Below are positions 25,863-35,696 of a stretch of 44,954 bases of DNA, piece by piece. Origin of the DNA: an uncultured Lachnospiraceae bacterium (GTDB lineage: Bacteria > Bacillota > Clostridia > Lachnospirales > Lachnospiraceae). Positions within the stretch are counted from its first letter, which is position 1, and every line of letters starts with the position of its first letter. A program made the translations under genes and the position numbers. Below the pieces are notes generated by a model that made no database searches, was not told where the DNA came from, and saw only the letters and a list, made by a program, of their open reading frames with translations. The stretch lies in contig CAMAHO010000001.1 in assembly GCA_945834545.1 (NCBI GenBank), positions 1 to 44,954 on the forward strand, given 5' to 3'.

Positions 25863-26888
25863 ATGGCAAAGTCGAGAAAAAGTGTCACAATGGCTGATAT
25901 AGCCAAGGAAATGGGTGTGAGTGTTGTGACAGTGTCCAAGGCATTGTCGGACCAAAAGGGAGTCAGTCAGAAACTTAAGGCTGACATTTTGGAGAAGGCT
26001 AAAGAGCTGGGCTATGAGTTGCCGGGACTTAGAGAGAAAAAAACATATACCATCGGAGTCATTTTAGCCCAGAGATATTTGGATGACTTTGGCTCCTTTT
26101 ATTGGCGCATGTACCAGGAGGTTGTAGCCTGGGCCGGAAAACGCCATTTGTTCGTAATTTACGAGAACATTACAGAGGAGATGGCAAAGAAGAACCTCAT
26201 GCCCCATATGGTGACTGAAAAGAAGATTGACGGACTGTTGCTCATTGGTAATCCGGGCTTTGAGTACAGTGACTTTCTGGAGAAGAATGCGGGACTTCCT
26301 CTGGTGTTTTTGGATTTTTACAACAAACGGGAAACCGTTGACTGCGTTATTTCAGACGGTTTCTACGGCTCTTATTTGCTGACCAATTACTTGCTTGAGA
26401 AGGGGCATAGGAAAATAGGGTATGTTGGTACCCTGTATGCCACAGACAGCATTACCGACCGCTTTTTGGGATACACCAAGGCCCTCTTAGAGCGCGGAAT
26501 CACCCCAAGGGAGGACTACATCATTCCCGACCGGGATGTGGAAACCGGTTTGCGGGAGAACTATCCGGAATACCGGTTCCCTGGGGACATGCCTACTGCC
26601 CTCGTATGCAACTGTGATTTTATTGCAAATCTGGTCATCAGGGATTTGCTAAGAAAGGGCTATCAGGTGCCTGGGGAAGTGTCCGTTGTGGGCTTTGACA
26701 ATGACCCCAATCCGGCATTCGCGGAGCTTCCCCTTACAACCTATGAGGTGGATATGGGTGCTATGGCTGGTAAGGCAGTGAATTACCTTGTGAAGAGAAT
26801 GGAAGGGGAAGTCACAAATCCGGGGATTCACATTGTAAAAGGGAAACTGGTGGAGAAGGACAGCGTGAGAGCGCTTGAGAGAAAGTGA
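25863..26888 (+). CDS. LacI-family transcriptional regulator
   Basis: VTMADIAKEMGVSVVTVSKAL HTH; GHRKIGY; VSVVGFDN; LTT. Confidence 0.93.
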   Translation: MAKSRKSVTMADIAKEMGVSVVTVSKALSDQKGVSQKLKADILEKAKELGYELPGLREKKTYTIGVILAQRYLDDFGSFYWRMYQEVVAWAGKRHLFVIYENITEEMAKKNLMPHMVTEKKIDGLLLIGNPGFEYSDFLEKNAGLPLVFLDFYNKRETVDCVISDGFYGSYLLTNYLLEKGHRKIGYVGTLYATDSITDRFLGYTKALLERGITPREDYIIPDRDVETGLRENYPEYRFPGDMPTALVCNCDFIANLVIRDLLRKGYQVPGEVSVVGFDNDPNPAFAELPLTTYEVDMGAMAGKAVNYLVKRMEGEVTNPGIHIVKGKLVEKDSVRALERK

Positions 26889-26898
26889 GGCAGGAAAG

Positions 26899-28077
26899 AT
26901 GATGGAAGAGAACGTGACAGAATTGGTATCCGGACTTAGAATCGAGAATTCTGTGATAAATATCGATACAACCGGCAGAATCAAGAGGTTTCTGAATAAA
27001 GCTAATGCGGGAGAAACGCTGACGGTGGCTTTTCTGGGAGGTTCAATTACCCAAGGCTCCTTGGCCAGTACCCAAAAGAACTGCTATGCGTATCGAACCT
27101 ATGACTGGCTGCAGAAAAATTTCAAGGCCGATTTCAGCTATGTAAACGCAGGAATCGGTGCTACCACCTCACACTTGGGAGTGGCAAGAGTGGAAGAGGA
27201 TGTGCTGTCCCAACAGCCGGATTTGGTAATCGTTGAGTTTTCGGTAAATGATGAGGATGAAAGCCCGCATTTTCAGGAGACCTATGAGGGATTGGTGCGA
27301 AAAATACTTGGCGCAGAGTGGGAACCGGCTGTTTTATTAGTACATAATGTGAGATATAATGATGGAGGAAATGCAGAGGCGATTCACAAACCAATAGGAA
27401 GGCACTATGGCTTGCCTGAGGTATCTATGAGGGAGGCAATCTATCCTTTGATTTCTCAGGATGGCTTAGACCCAAGAGAAATCACGCCGGATGACTTACA
27501 TCCAAATGATTTGGGACATGCCCTGGTAAGCTATGTCATCTGTAGCTATTTTGAGTCGGTACGAAAAGAGCTTACGGCAGAGGAATCGGCAAATCAGGAT
27601 GGCGCAGGCTCTGAAAAAGAAGCCACGGATGAGTGGAGTATGCCATCACCTATTACCAAAAACCGCTACGAAACTGCCAAGCGTTATCGGAATGATGCCT
27701 TGAAACCCCTGAAATGTATTGGTTTTATAAGGGATGACGCAGAGCAGAGTCAGATCAGTGATTGCTTTAAAAAGGGGTATCTGGCAAGCCATACAGGAGA
27801 CAAAATTGTCTTTTCAGGGTGCTTCTCCCAGCTAGCCATTCAGTATCGCAAAACAGTGCGAAAGCCTGCGCCCATAGCCTTAGCTATCGTGGATGGTGAT
27901 GAGAAAAATGCAGTTGTCCTGGACAGCAATTTTAAGGAGGACTGGGGAGATTGTCTCTATCTGGAAGTGATTTGCGAGGATTTAGAGTATAAGGAGCATG
28001 AGGTGGAAATACGACTTGTAAAATCCCTTCCGGAGGATCAGGAAGGCTTTTATCTGGTCAGCTTGATATATGCGTAA
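26899..28077 (+). CDS. CE17-like SGNH acetyl esterase with C-terminal CBM-like domain
   Basis: FLGGSITQG, NAGIGAT, EFSVND, DDLHPNDLGH, and C-terminal DSNFKEDWGD. Confidence 0.8.
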   Translation: MMEENVTELVSGLRIENSVINIDTTGRIKRFLNKANAGETLTVAFLGGSITQGSLASTQKNCYAYRTYDWLQKNFKADFSYVNAGIGATTSHLGVARVEEDVLSQQPDLVIVEFSVNDEDESPHFQETYEGLVRKILGAEWEPAVLLVHNVRYNDGGNAEAIHKPIGRHYGLPEVSMREAIYPLISQDGLDPREITPDDLHPNDLGHALVSYVICSYFESVRKELTAEESANQDGAGSEKEATDEWSMPSPITKNRYETAKRYRNDALKPLKCIGFIRDDAEQSQISDCFKKGYLASHTGDKIVFSGCFSQLAIQYRKTVRKPAPIALAIVDGDEKNAVVLDSNFKEDWGDCLYLEVICEDLEYKEHEVEIRLVKSLPEDQEGFYLVSLIYA

Positions 28078-28123
28078 TGCAATATCTGACTAAAGGGGAA
28101 GAAAAGGGAAAGTGAGGAAGAAG

Positions 28124-30355
28124 ATGAATATTCAATATTTTGAACAAGAAAAGCTTTTTAAGCTGGATACACCAAAGACCTCCTATGTTTTTGGAATTGC
28201 AGGAAAGAGAGGATACCTGGTGCATCTGTATTATGGCCCAAGGCTGGATTCTTTGCAGGGAATCTGGGACCTGGCACGGGTTGGCGAGAATCCTGCTTTG
28301 GCGGATGCCAATACCAAGGATGAGCTTTCCTATGTAGACTGTATGCCGGTAGAGTACTCTACTGACGGGCTGGGAGATTTTAGAGAATCCAGCATCTGTG
28401 TTCAGGATGAGGGAGGACATAGGGCTTTAGACTGCGGATATGTGAGTCACGAGATACTAAGGGGCAAGGAAAAGCTTCCGGGACTTCCGGCGACCTTTGG
28501 CACCGAGGAGGAGGTAAGTTCCCTCATCGTGACCTGTAAGGATCCGGATAATGGTGTGGTGCTTCGCCTCAAATACAGCGCCTTTCAGGATGTGGATGTC
28601 ATTACCCGAAGTGTGGAGGTAATCAATGAAGGAGAAGGTTCGGTATATTTAAAGAAGGCCATGAGCCTTTCCTTAGATATGGACAATCGGGAGTTTGATG
28701 CGATAACGCTGCACGGTTCCTGGGGAAGAGAAAAGCATATTCTGCGCAGGAAATTAGAGCTTGGCTCCTATCGCACAGAGGGGAAAAAGGGTGGCAACTG
28801 TCATCAGGCCCATCCCTTTTTGGCGGTGTTGTCCCACAATGCAGATGAGACATCCGGAGAGGTATATGGGTTTTCCTTTGTCTATTCCGGCAATTTCCTG
28901 GCCCAGGCGGAGGTTTCCCAATTTAACAGCCTTAGAGTCGTGATGGGCATTCACCCGGAGCAGTTCTCCTGGAAAATGAGCACCGGTGAAAGCTTCCATA
29001 CGCCGGAGGTGGTTATGACTTACTCGGCAGAGGGACTTGGTCAAATGACCAGGAATTTTCATGATGTATATCGGAGTCATTTGATGCGTAGTCCTTATCT
29101 TCATACGAAGAGACCGGTGCTCATCAATAACTGGGAGGGCACCTATTTTGACTTTGATGAGAAGAAGATTTTGAATATTGCCAAATCAGCCCGCAGCCTG
29201 GGAATCGAGATGCTTGTGTTGGATGACGGTTGGTTTGGAAACCGCTTTGATGACAACAGAGCCCTGGGAGACTGGTATGTCAATACAGAAAAGCTCAAGG
29301 GTGGATTAGAGTATCTGGTGTCTGAAATCAACAAGCTGGGTATGAAATTTGGACTTTGGTTTGAACCTGAAATGGTTTGCCCGGACTCAGATTTGTACAG
29401 AGCACATCCGGATTGGGCGATTCAAATACCGGGAAGAGTCGGAAGAAGAGCCAGAAACCAGTATGTCCTTGATATTTCCAGAAAGGAAGTCAGGGATGCG
29501 ATTATGGAGCAGGTGTTCAAGGTTCTGCACAGTGCGAATATCGAGTACGTGAAATGGGATATGAACAGACCCCTTTCTGACCTGGGCAGCTTTGCCCTGG
29601 AGAGCGACAGGCAGGGAGAGCTCTATCACCGCTATGTATTGGGACTGTATGAAATGCAGGAGGCTCTGCTACAGGAATTCCCAAATCTGTTGTTGGAGAA
29701 CTGCAGCAGCGGAGGCGGGCGTTTCGACCCGGGCATGCTGTATTTCAGTCCTCAGATATGGACCTCCGACGATACGGATGCCATTGAGAGATTAAGCATC
29801 CAGGAAGGAACGGCTCTGATTTATCCCTTGTCCTCCATGGGAGCCCATGTCAGTGTCTGCCCCAATCACATAGTGGGCAGGGTAACACCGCTCTCCACAA
29901 GAGGAAATGTAGCATTAACCGGCACCTTTGGCTATGAGCTGGACACCACCAAGTTTGGGGAGGAAGAAATCACCATTGTTCCCAGACAGATAGAGGTGTA
30001 TCATCGATTCAATGATATTATCCGAGAGGGTGATTACTACAGAATTGCCTCCTACCAGAAAAACAAAGAGTATGACTGCTATCAGGTGAATACCAAAAAG
30101 AAGGATAAGGCGTTGGTATTCTTCACCCAGGTGCTGAATGAAGCAAATCAAAAGAGCCGTATTGTAAAGCTTCAGGGATTAAAGCCTGAGGCAGCCTACA
30201 GGCTCTATCAGGTTACTGTGGAGGATGAGGAAATCGTGAAGGATACAGGCAAACTACTAAGTGGTCAGGTAGTCATGCAGGGTGGTATTTCCATTGACAG
30301 ACCCTGGGGTGATTTCAAATCCCTGTTATACTATTTGGAGGAAACGATCGATTAG
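28124..30355 (+). CDS. GH36 alpha-galactosidase
   Basis: NNWEGTYFDF, VLDDGWFG, FGLWFEPEMV, YVKWDMNR, CSSGGGRFD, WTSDDTD. Confidence 0.95.
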   Translation: MNIQYFEQEKLFKLDTPKTSYVFGIAGKRGYLVHLYYGPRLDSLQGIWDLARVGENPALADANTKDELSYVDCMPVEYSTDGLGDFRESSICVQDEGGHRALDCGYVSHEILRGKEKLPGLPATFGTEEEVSSLIVTCKDPDNGVVLRLKYSAFQDVDVITRSVEVINEGEGSVYLKKAMSLSLDMDNREFDAITLHGSWGREKHILRRKLELGSYRTEGKKGGNCHQAHPFLAVLSHNADETSGEVYGFSFVYSGNFLAQAEVSQFNSLRVVMGIHPEQFSWKMSTGESFHTPEVVMTYSAEGLGQMTRNFHDVYRSHLMRSPYLHTKRPVLINNWEGTYFDFDEKKILNIAKSARSLGIEMLVLDDGWFGNRFDDNRALGDWYVNTEKLKGGLEYLVSEINKLGMKFGLWFEPEMVCPDSDLYRAHPDWAIQIPGRVGRRARNQYVLDISRKEVRDAIMEQVFKVLHSANIEYVKWDMNRPLSDLGSFALESDRQGELYHRYVLGLYEMQEALLQEFPNLLLENCSSGGGRFDPGMLYFSPQIWTSDDTDAIERLSIQEGTALIYPLSSMGAHVSVCPNHIVGRVTPLSTRGNVALTGTFGYELDTTKFGEEEITIVPRQIEVYHRFNDIIREGDYYRIASYQKNKEYDCYQVNTKKKDKALVFFTQVLNEANQKSRIVKLQGLKPEAAYRLYQVTVEDEEIVKDTGKLLSGQVVMQGGISIDRPWGDFKSLLYYLEETID

Positions 30356-30482
30356 TAAAGCAGTTATTTGACGCTGGATCACGATGTTGGAGCGAGGGTG
30401 TGTCAGCAGGAGGGGGTCAGTGGAATCCGTTTGATACGGTATAGGAAAGAATTTCGAAGCAGAGACAGAAAGGGAGAAGGAT

Positions 30483-31652
30483 ATGATACATGAAAAATAC
30501 TTTGAGCTGGTAAAGAAACAGGAAGCACTGCTTGCCAGAAAAAATGAGGTGGATACAGAGTTTTACAACGGAATTTATGAGCGCTATAAGTATCCGGTCC
30601 TCACCAGAGAGCATGCCCCCATCATCTGGCAGTATGACTTAAACAAGGAGACAAATCCTTATTTCGAGGAGAGACTTGGCATCAACGCCGTGATGAATTC
30701 CGGTGCCATTTATCTGGACGGAAAATACTATCTGGTGGCTCGCGTGGAGGGCAATGACCGAAAGAGCTTTTTTGCCGTTGCAGAAAGTGACAATGGTGTG
30801 GACAATTTCAGGTTTTGGGATTATCCGATTGTGCTGCCGGATTTGTATCCGGAGGAAACCAATGTGTATGATATGAGACTGACCAAGCATGAGGATGGCT
30901 ATATTTACGGGGTGTTCTGCTCTGAGAGCAAGGATACCTCGGTGAAGGACCTGTCTGCAGCTGTGGCAGCGGCAGGTATTGTGAGAACCAAGGATTTAAA
31001 GACCTGGGAGAGACTGCCTAATCTGGTGACGCTTCGCTCCCCGCAGCAGAGAAATGTGGTGCTGCATCCGGAATTTGTAGACGGTAAGTATGCCTTTTAC
31101 ACCAGGCCTATGGATGATTTTATTGAGACCGGAAGTGGCGGAGGAATTGGCTTTGGCTTGTGCGAGGATATTACACATGCTGTGTTGGATGAGGAGAAAA
31201 TGACCAGTATCCGCAAGTATCACACCATTACAGAGAGCAAAAACGGCGCTGGGGCCACCCCCATTAAGACCGAGAAGGGTTGGATTCATATTGCCCATGG
31301 TGTGCGCAATACGGCAGCAGGTCTGCGCTATGTTATCTACGCCTTTGCCACAGACTTAAAGGATCCGTCCAAGGTGATTGCAGAGCCCGGAGGGCTTTTA
31401 ATCGGGCCAAGAGCGGGAGAGCGCGTGGGGGATGTATCCAATGTAGTCTTTACCAATGGGGCGATTGCCACAGAGGATGGGAAGGTGTATATTTATTATG
31501 CTTCCTCCGATACCAGGCTACATGTAGCCACCACCACCATGGAAAGGCTGCTGGATTACGTGTTTAATACGCCTAAGGATCCCGGCCGAAGCAATCTCTG
31601 CGTGGCCCTTAGAAATGACATGATTGCAAAGAATTTGGAGCTGCTGCAGTAA
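30483..31652 (+). CDS. GH130 4-O-beta-D-mannosyl-D-glucose phosphorylase (GH130_1 type)
   Basis: [61 protein letters not shown]. Confidence 0.92.
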   Translation: MIHEKYFELVKKQEALLARKNEVDTEFYNGIYERYKYPVLTREHAPIIWQYDLNKETNPYFEERLGINAVMNSGAIYLDGKYYLVARVEGNDRKSFFAVAESDNGVDNFRFWDYPIVLPDLYPEETNVYDMRLTKHEDGYIYGVFCSESKDTSVKDLSAAVAAAGIVRTKDLKTWERLPNLVTLRSPQQRNVVLHPEFVDGKYAFYTRPMDDFIETGSGGGIGFGLCEDITHAVLDEEKMTSIRKYHTITESKNGAGATPIKTEKGWIHIAHGVRNTAAGLRYVIYAFATDLKDPSKVIAEPGGLLIGPRAGERVGDVSNVVFTNGAIATEDGKVYIYYASSDTRLHVATTTMERLLDYVFNTPKDPGRSNLCVALRNDMIAKNLELLQ

Positions 31653-31678
31653 TATAAAATAGATACGAGGATAACAAA

Positions 31679-33985
31679 ATGTTTAAGAAGGACTTTGTCT
31701 GGGGCGTGGCCTCCAGTGCATATCAGATTGAAGGAAGAGCTGAGAACGATGGCTGTGGACGATGCATCTGGGATGATTATCTGGACACAGGAATTGTAAA
31801 TCAAGGCCAAAATGCTCAGGTCACCTGTGACCATATTCATCATTACAAGGAAGACTTTGCACTCATGAGAGCTATGGGTGTGAAGCACTATCGGTTTTCC
31901 ATAAACTGGTCCAGGGTCTTGCCGGAGGGAACCGGGAAGGTAAATGAGGTTGGTCTTCAGTTCTACAAGGATTTAGTAAGGGAAATGAAGAAAAACGGCA
32001 TCACTCCCTATATTACCCTGTTTCACTGGGATTTTCCCGTGGCGTTAGAGGAAAAGGGTGGTTGGTTGAATCCGGAGAGCGTAAATTGGTTTGCTGAATA
32101 TGCGGCTCTTATAGCGGAGCATTTCAGTGAGGAGTGTGAGTATTTTATTACCTTAAATGAGCCTCAATGCTTTATTGGCCTGGGGTATCTCAGAGAATTT
32201 CATGCTCCCGGCAAGCATTTGCCGGACAGGGACCTGTTAAGTATGATTCATCACGCTCTGATGGCTCATGGGGCGGCTGTAAAAGCTATGAGAAAGGCAG
32301 CAAAGCGCCCTATCAAGATTGGCTATGCTCCTACCTGTGGAGTGGCCTTGCCGGCATCTGACAGGGAAGAGGATATTGCTGCGGCAAAGAAACGTTATCT
32401 AGGGATGAATGAAGAGAGAGATAACTGGACTTGGACGGTTACCTGGTTTGTTGATCCTGTGGTGCTTGGAACCTATCCGGAGGAGGGAAAGGCATACTTT
32501 GGTGAGGCTTTGCCGGAGTTTTCGAGAGAGGACATGGAGCTGATCCATCAGCCCATTGATTTCCTAGGGCAGAATATCTACAACGGATACCAGGTAAAGG
32601 CAGCCGATAATGAGCTGGGCTATGAGTATGTAAAAAACGGTGATGGCTTCCCCAAGACTGCCTGTGGATGGCCCCAGACCCCCACTTGCTTGTATTGGGG
32701 TCCTAAGTTTTTGTATGAGAGATACAAGCTGCCCATCTATATTACTGAGAATGGTATGTCCTGTCACGATATTGTGACAGATGACGGAAAGGTTCACGAT
32801 AACGACAGGATCCAGTTTCTGGATAAGTATTTGAATGAACTGCAAAGAGCTGTGGAGGAAGGCGTGCCTGTAGAGGGGTATTTCCTTTGGACCTTCTTAG
32901 ATAACTTTGAGTGGGATAAAGGGTATAATGAGCGCTTTGGCCTGGTCTATGTGGATTACGCGACCCAGAAGAGAACCGTGAAGGACTCCGCATACTGGTA
33001 CAAAAAGGTGATGGAGACTGGCGGGGAAATCCTTTCCGGCAATCATTGTAAGAGAGAGATGCTTTTCCTGGAGCCGGTGTTTAAAGAGGTAGTCTGGGGC
33101 GGAACCAGACTTCGTGAGCAGTTTGGTTATCCGGTGGAAGGAGACCATATAGGTGAATGCTGGGGAATCAGTGGTCACAAAAACGGGGATTGCAGAATCA
33201 CTGGCGGCATCTATGACGGAATGCAGTTATCCCAGGTATATGAGCAGTATCCGGAGCTTTTTGGAGGAAAGGAAGCTCAGGGACAATTCCCTTTGTTGGT
33301 CAAAATCATTGACGCTTCCGACAAGCTCAGCATTCAGGTTCACCCGGATGATGCGTATGCACAGGTGCATGAAAACGGCTCCTTGGGGAAAACCGAATGC
33401 TGGTATGTACTGGACTGCCCGGAAGGAGCAGAACTGGTCATCGGTCACAACGCACAGACTCGTGAGGAACTGATTCAAATGATAGAGGAGAATCGTTACG
33501 AGGAGCTGATTCGCAGAGTACCGGTGAAAAAGGGGGATTTCATTCAGATAGAGCCGGGCACGATTCACGCAATCACGGAAGGGCTCTTAATCTTAGAAAC
33601 GCAGCAAAGCAGTGACATCACCTACCGCGTCTATGATTATGACAGACAGCCACCAAGACCTCTGCACGTAAGACAGAGCATGGAGGTTACCACAGTTCCC
33701 GGTATTCCAAGACAGCAGGTTTTGTCTACCGCCTCCTGCCCTAAGAACGAGTTGGTAGAATTGATCTCCTGTGATTTTTATAAGGTATGGAAGCTGGATT
33801 TGACTTCGGCAATCTCCATTCCCCAAGCCTATGACTTCATGCAGATTAGTGTAGTAGAGGGAGAAGGTGTCATCAACGGTACCTTCGTGCAGAAGGGCAC
33901 ACACCTGATTGTACCCTGTGATTATGGAAATGTAGATCTTTCCGGTACTATGCAGCTGATTATTTCTGTACCAGGGGGACGGTAA
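31679..33985 (+). CDS. GH1 beta-glucosidase fused to type I mannose-6-phosphate isomerase
   Basis: GH1: SAYQIEG, NEP, ITENG, DNFEW. From about 33060, PMI: VWGG, LSIQVHP, KTECWY, GTIHA. Confidence 0.93.
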   Translation: MFKKDFVWGVASSAYQIEGRAENDGCGRCIWDDYLDTGIVNQGQNAQVTCDHIHHYKEDFALMRAMGVKHYRFSINWSRVLPEGTGKVNEVGLQFYKDLVREMKKNGITPYITLFHWDFPVALEEKGGWLNPESVNWFAEYAALIAEHFSEECEYFITLNEPQCFIGLGYLREFHAPGKHLPDRDLLSMIHHALMAHGAAVKAMRKAAKRPIKIGYAPTCGVALPASDREEDIAAAKKRYLGMNEERDNWTWTVTWFVDPVVLGTYPEEGKAYFGEALPEFSREDMELIHQPIDFLGQNIYNGYQVKAADNELGYEYVKNGDGFPKTACGWPQTPTCLYWGPKFLYERYKLPIYITENGMSCHDIVTDDGKVHDNDRIQFLDKYLNELQRAVEEGVPVEGYFLWTFLDNFEWDKGYNERFGLVYVDYATQKRTVKDSAYWYKKVMETGGEILSGNHCKREMLFLEPVFKEVVWGGTRLREQFGYPVEGDHIGECWGISGHKNGDCRITGGIYDGMQLSQVYEQYPELFGGKEAQGQFPLLVKIIDASDKLSIQVHPDDAYAQVHENGSLGKTECWYVLDCPEGAELVIGHNAQTREELIQMIEENRYEELIRRVPVKKGDFIQIEPGTIHAITEGLLILETQQSSDITYRVYDYDRQPPRPLHVRQSMEVTTVPGIPRQQVLSTASCPKNELVELISCDFYKVWKLDLTSAISIPQAYDFMQISVVEGEGVINGTFVQKGTHLIVPCDYGNVDLSGTMQLIISVPGGR

Positions 33986-34017
33986 AAAATGGCTTTTTTA
34001 GTGTCCCTAGTGGTCCA
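33968..34017 (-). repeat. REP-like palindrome, copy A
   Basis: Reverse complement TGGACCACTAGGGACACTAAAAAAGCCATTTTTTACCGTCCCCCTGGTAC matches copies B and C. Confidence 0.85.
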
Positions 34018-34080
34018 CTTGATGACACAGAATTTGGGATAAAATTTTTGTGCTATATTTATAATTTTTGTTTGTAATAT

Positions 34081-34118
34081 ATGCTCTGAAATGGTATACT
34101 CATTTCAGAGCATTTTTC
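34081..34118 (+). terminator. Terminator-like hairpin
   Basis: ATGCTCTGAAATG-gtatact-CATTTCAGAGCAT (13-bp stem) followed by TTTTC. Confidence 0.6.
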
Positions 34119-34272
34119 TATTATATTTGGTAATTCTATTATTTCTAAATTAATTATTCGTGCTCTATTTCACAAAGAAAGATTGCCCTATATCGAAATG
34201 GTGTACTCACCGCGACTTTTGTGTTTGTTGACTGTATAGCACTGTCAGTTTAGCAAGCGTAGTTTGCTACTT

Positions 34273-34770
34273 ATGTTTCAAAACCGATATATGTGTGAAC
34301 CAATAGAAGATGCCAAATATCTAATAAATGTGTTTCGATATATTCATCAAAATCCTACGAAAGCAGGGTTGGAAAAAGAGGTCGGAGAATATCCCTGGAG
34401 TAGTTTTGGCTGTTACGCTGGGTTTGGAGGAATCGCCTACACAGAAATGTTTCTGGGACATTTTGGAAAAGGGACGAATTGCATATCATTCCTAAAACAA
34501 ATAGAGGACGAGAAGGATGAATTTCTGGATTACAGATCAAATTCAAGAATGGTTGATGAAGAAGCGATTGATAGATGGAAACAGGCTTCAGGTCTGGAAA
34601 ATCCACAAGACTTACAGAGAATGGATATTCATACCAGAGACAGAGAATTGTATCGGATGGTTAAGAATAAGATACCCCTCCGTCAGATTAGCAGGATTAC
34701 AGGGATATCAAGGACTAGCATTCGCCGAATAGTGGAACGAAAGAAAGAGGAAGAAATAGAAGCATTGTGA
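34273..34770 (+). pseudogene. 5'-truncated RAYT-type (IS200/Y1 HUH) transposase with C-terminal HTH
   Basis: FQNRY..EP, RYIHQNPTKAG (catalytic Tyr) and YPWSS motifs, plus the HTH IPLRQISRITGIS. The N-terminal HUH half is missing and there is no RBS. Confidence 0.8.
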
Positions 34771-34799
34771 TGGAAATTCAGGCGAATATGGGACTGATT

Positions 34800-34849
34800 T
34801 GGCCCAGCGGGGACAATAAAAAAGCCATTTTTTACCGTCCCCAGTACCA
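34800..34849 (+). repeat. REP-like palindrome, copy B
   Basis: TGGCCCAGCGGGGACAATAAAAAAGCCATTTTTTACCGTCCCCAGTACCA. Confidence 0.88.
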
Positions 34850-34936
34850 CTTTTTATGAATTTTTAATCCTATTTTGGAAAATATAGTGTATAATGGTTT
34901 GTATTGAGAAAAATTAGCTACAAAAGGAGAAAGGTT

Positions 34937-35620
34937 ATGTTTTTTGATCCTACTTATATATTGGTTATCATCGGAGCGGTCATCTGTATGATTGCTTCCG
35001 TAAATGTAAAAAGCACATATAATAAATACAGCAAGGTAAGGTCTTCCTCCGGAATCACGGCGGAAGAGATGGCTTACAGAATGCTGCAGGATGCGGGGAT
35101 ATATGATGTATCCATTCAGAGAATTGGAGGAGATTTGACAGACCATTATTCTCCGGGGGAGAAGGTACTCAGATTGTCAGATACCGTATATGGCTCCAGT
35201 TCTGTTGCAGCCTTGGGAGTGGCCTGTCACGAGGCTGGGCATGCAATTCAACACAAGGAAGGCTATGCACCTCTAAAATTGCGTTCCCTGTCGGTGCCAA
35301 TTGCCAATTTTGGTTCCTTCTTGTCATGGCCCTTGATTGTGTTAGGACTGATTCTTGGCTCCATGAATCTGGCCCGGGTAGGAGTTTTCTTATTTGCCTT
35401 CGTAGTGGTATTTCAACTCATCACACTTCCGGTTGAGTTTGATGCATCCAGAAGAGCGTTACTTGTATTGGAAAGGGATAATATATTGTGGAATGAAGAA
35501 ATGACGGGCGCAAGAAAGGTACTTCGCGCTGCGGCACTGACTTATGTAGCGTCATTATTTTCTTCTATTTTACAACTACTTCGACTATTTTTGCTGACGC
35601 AAAGAAGAGATAGAGATTAG
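34937..35620 (+). CDS. Membrane zinc metallopeptidase (YugP/Zn_peptidase_2 family)
   Basis: [43 protein letters not shown]. Confidence 0.9.
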   Translation: MFFDPTYILVIIGAVICMIASVNVKSTYNKYSKVRSSSGITAEEMAYRMLQDAGIYDVSIQRIGGDLTDHYSPGEKVLRLSDTVYGSSSVAALGVACHEAGHAIQHKEGYAPLKLRSLSVPIANFGSFLSWPLIVLGLILGSMNLARVGVFLFAFVVVFQLITLPVEFDASRRALLVLERDNILWNEEMTGARKVLRAAALTYVASLFSSILQLLRLFLLTQRRDRD

Positions 35621-35626
35621 TGGATA

Positions 35627-35676
35627 TGAACCAGTGGGGACAATAAAAAAGCCACTTTTTACCGTCCCCAGTACCA
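35627..35676 (+). repeat. REP-like palindrome, copy C
   Basis: TGAACCAGTGGGGACAATAAAAAAGCCACTTTTTACCGTCCCCAGTACCA; the 34-bp GGGGAC...GTCCCC core differs from copy B at one position. Confidence 0.88.
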
Positions 35677-35696
35677 AGGAGAAAGGACAAAAGAGA

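Noticed and set aside
31679-33985. GH1-PMI fusion as a novelty
   Set aside because: The same two-domain fusion is known from the Roseburia intestinalis mannan locus.
33968-35676. CRISPR array or classical IS with TIRs
   Set aside because: The repeats are ~800 bp apart in mixed orientation, with no cas or DDE transposase gene; a REP/RAYT reading fits better.
35634-35696. N-terminal extension of ExoA
   Set aside because: It is a translation of REP copy C; the true start is ATG 35697 after the RBS.
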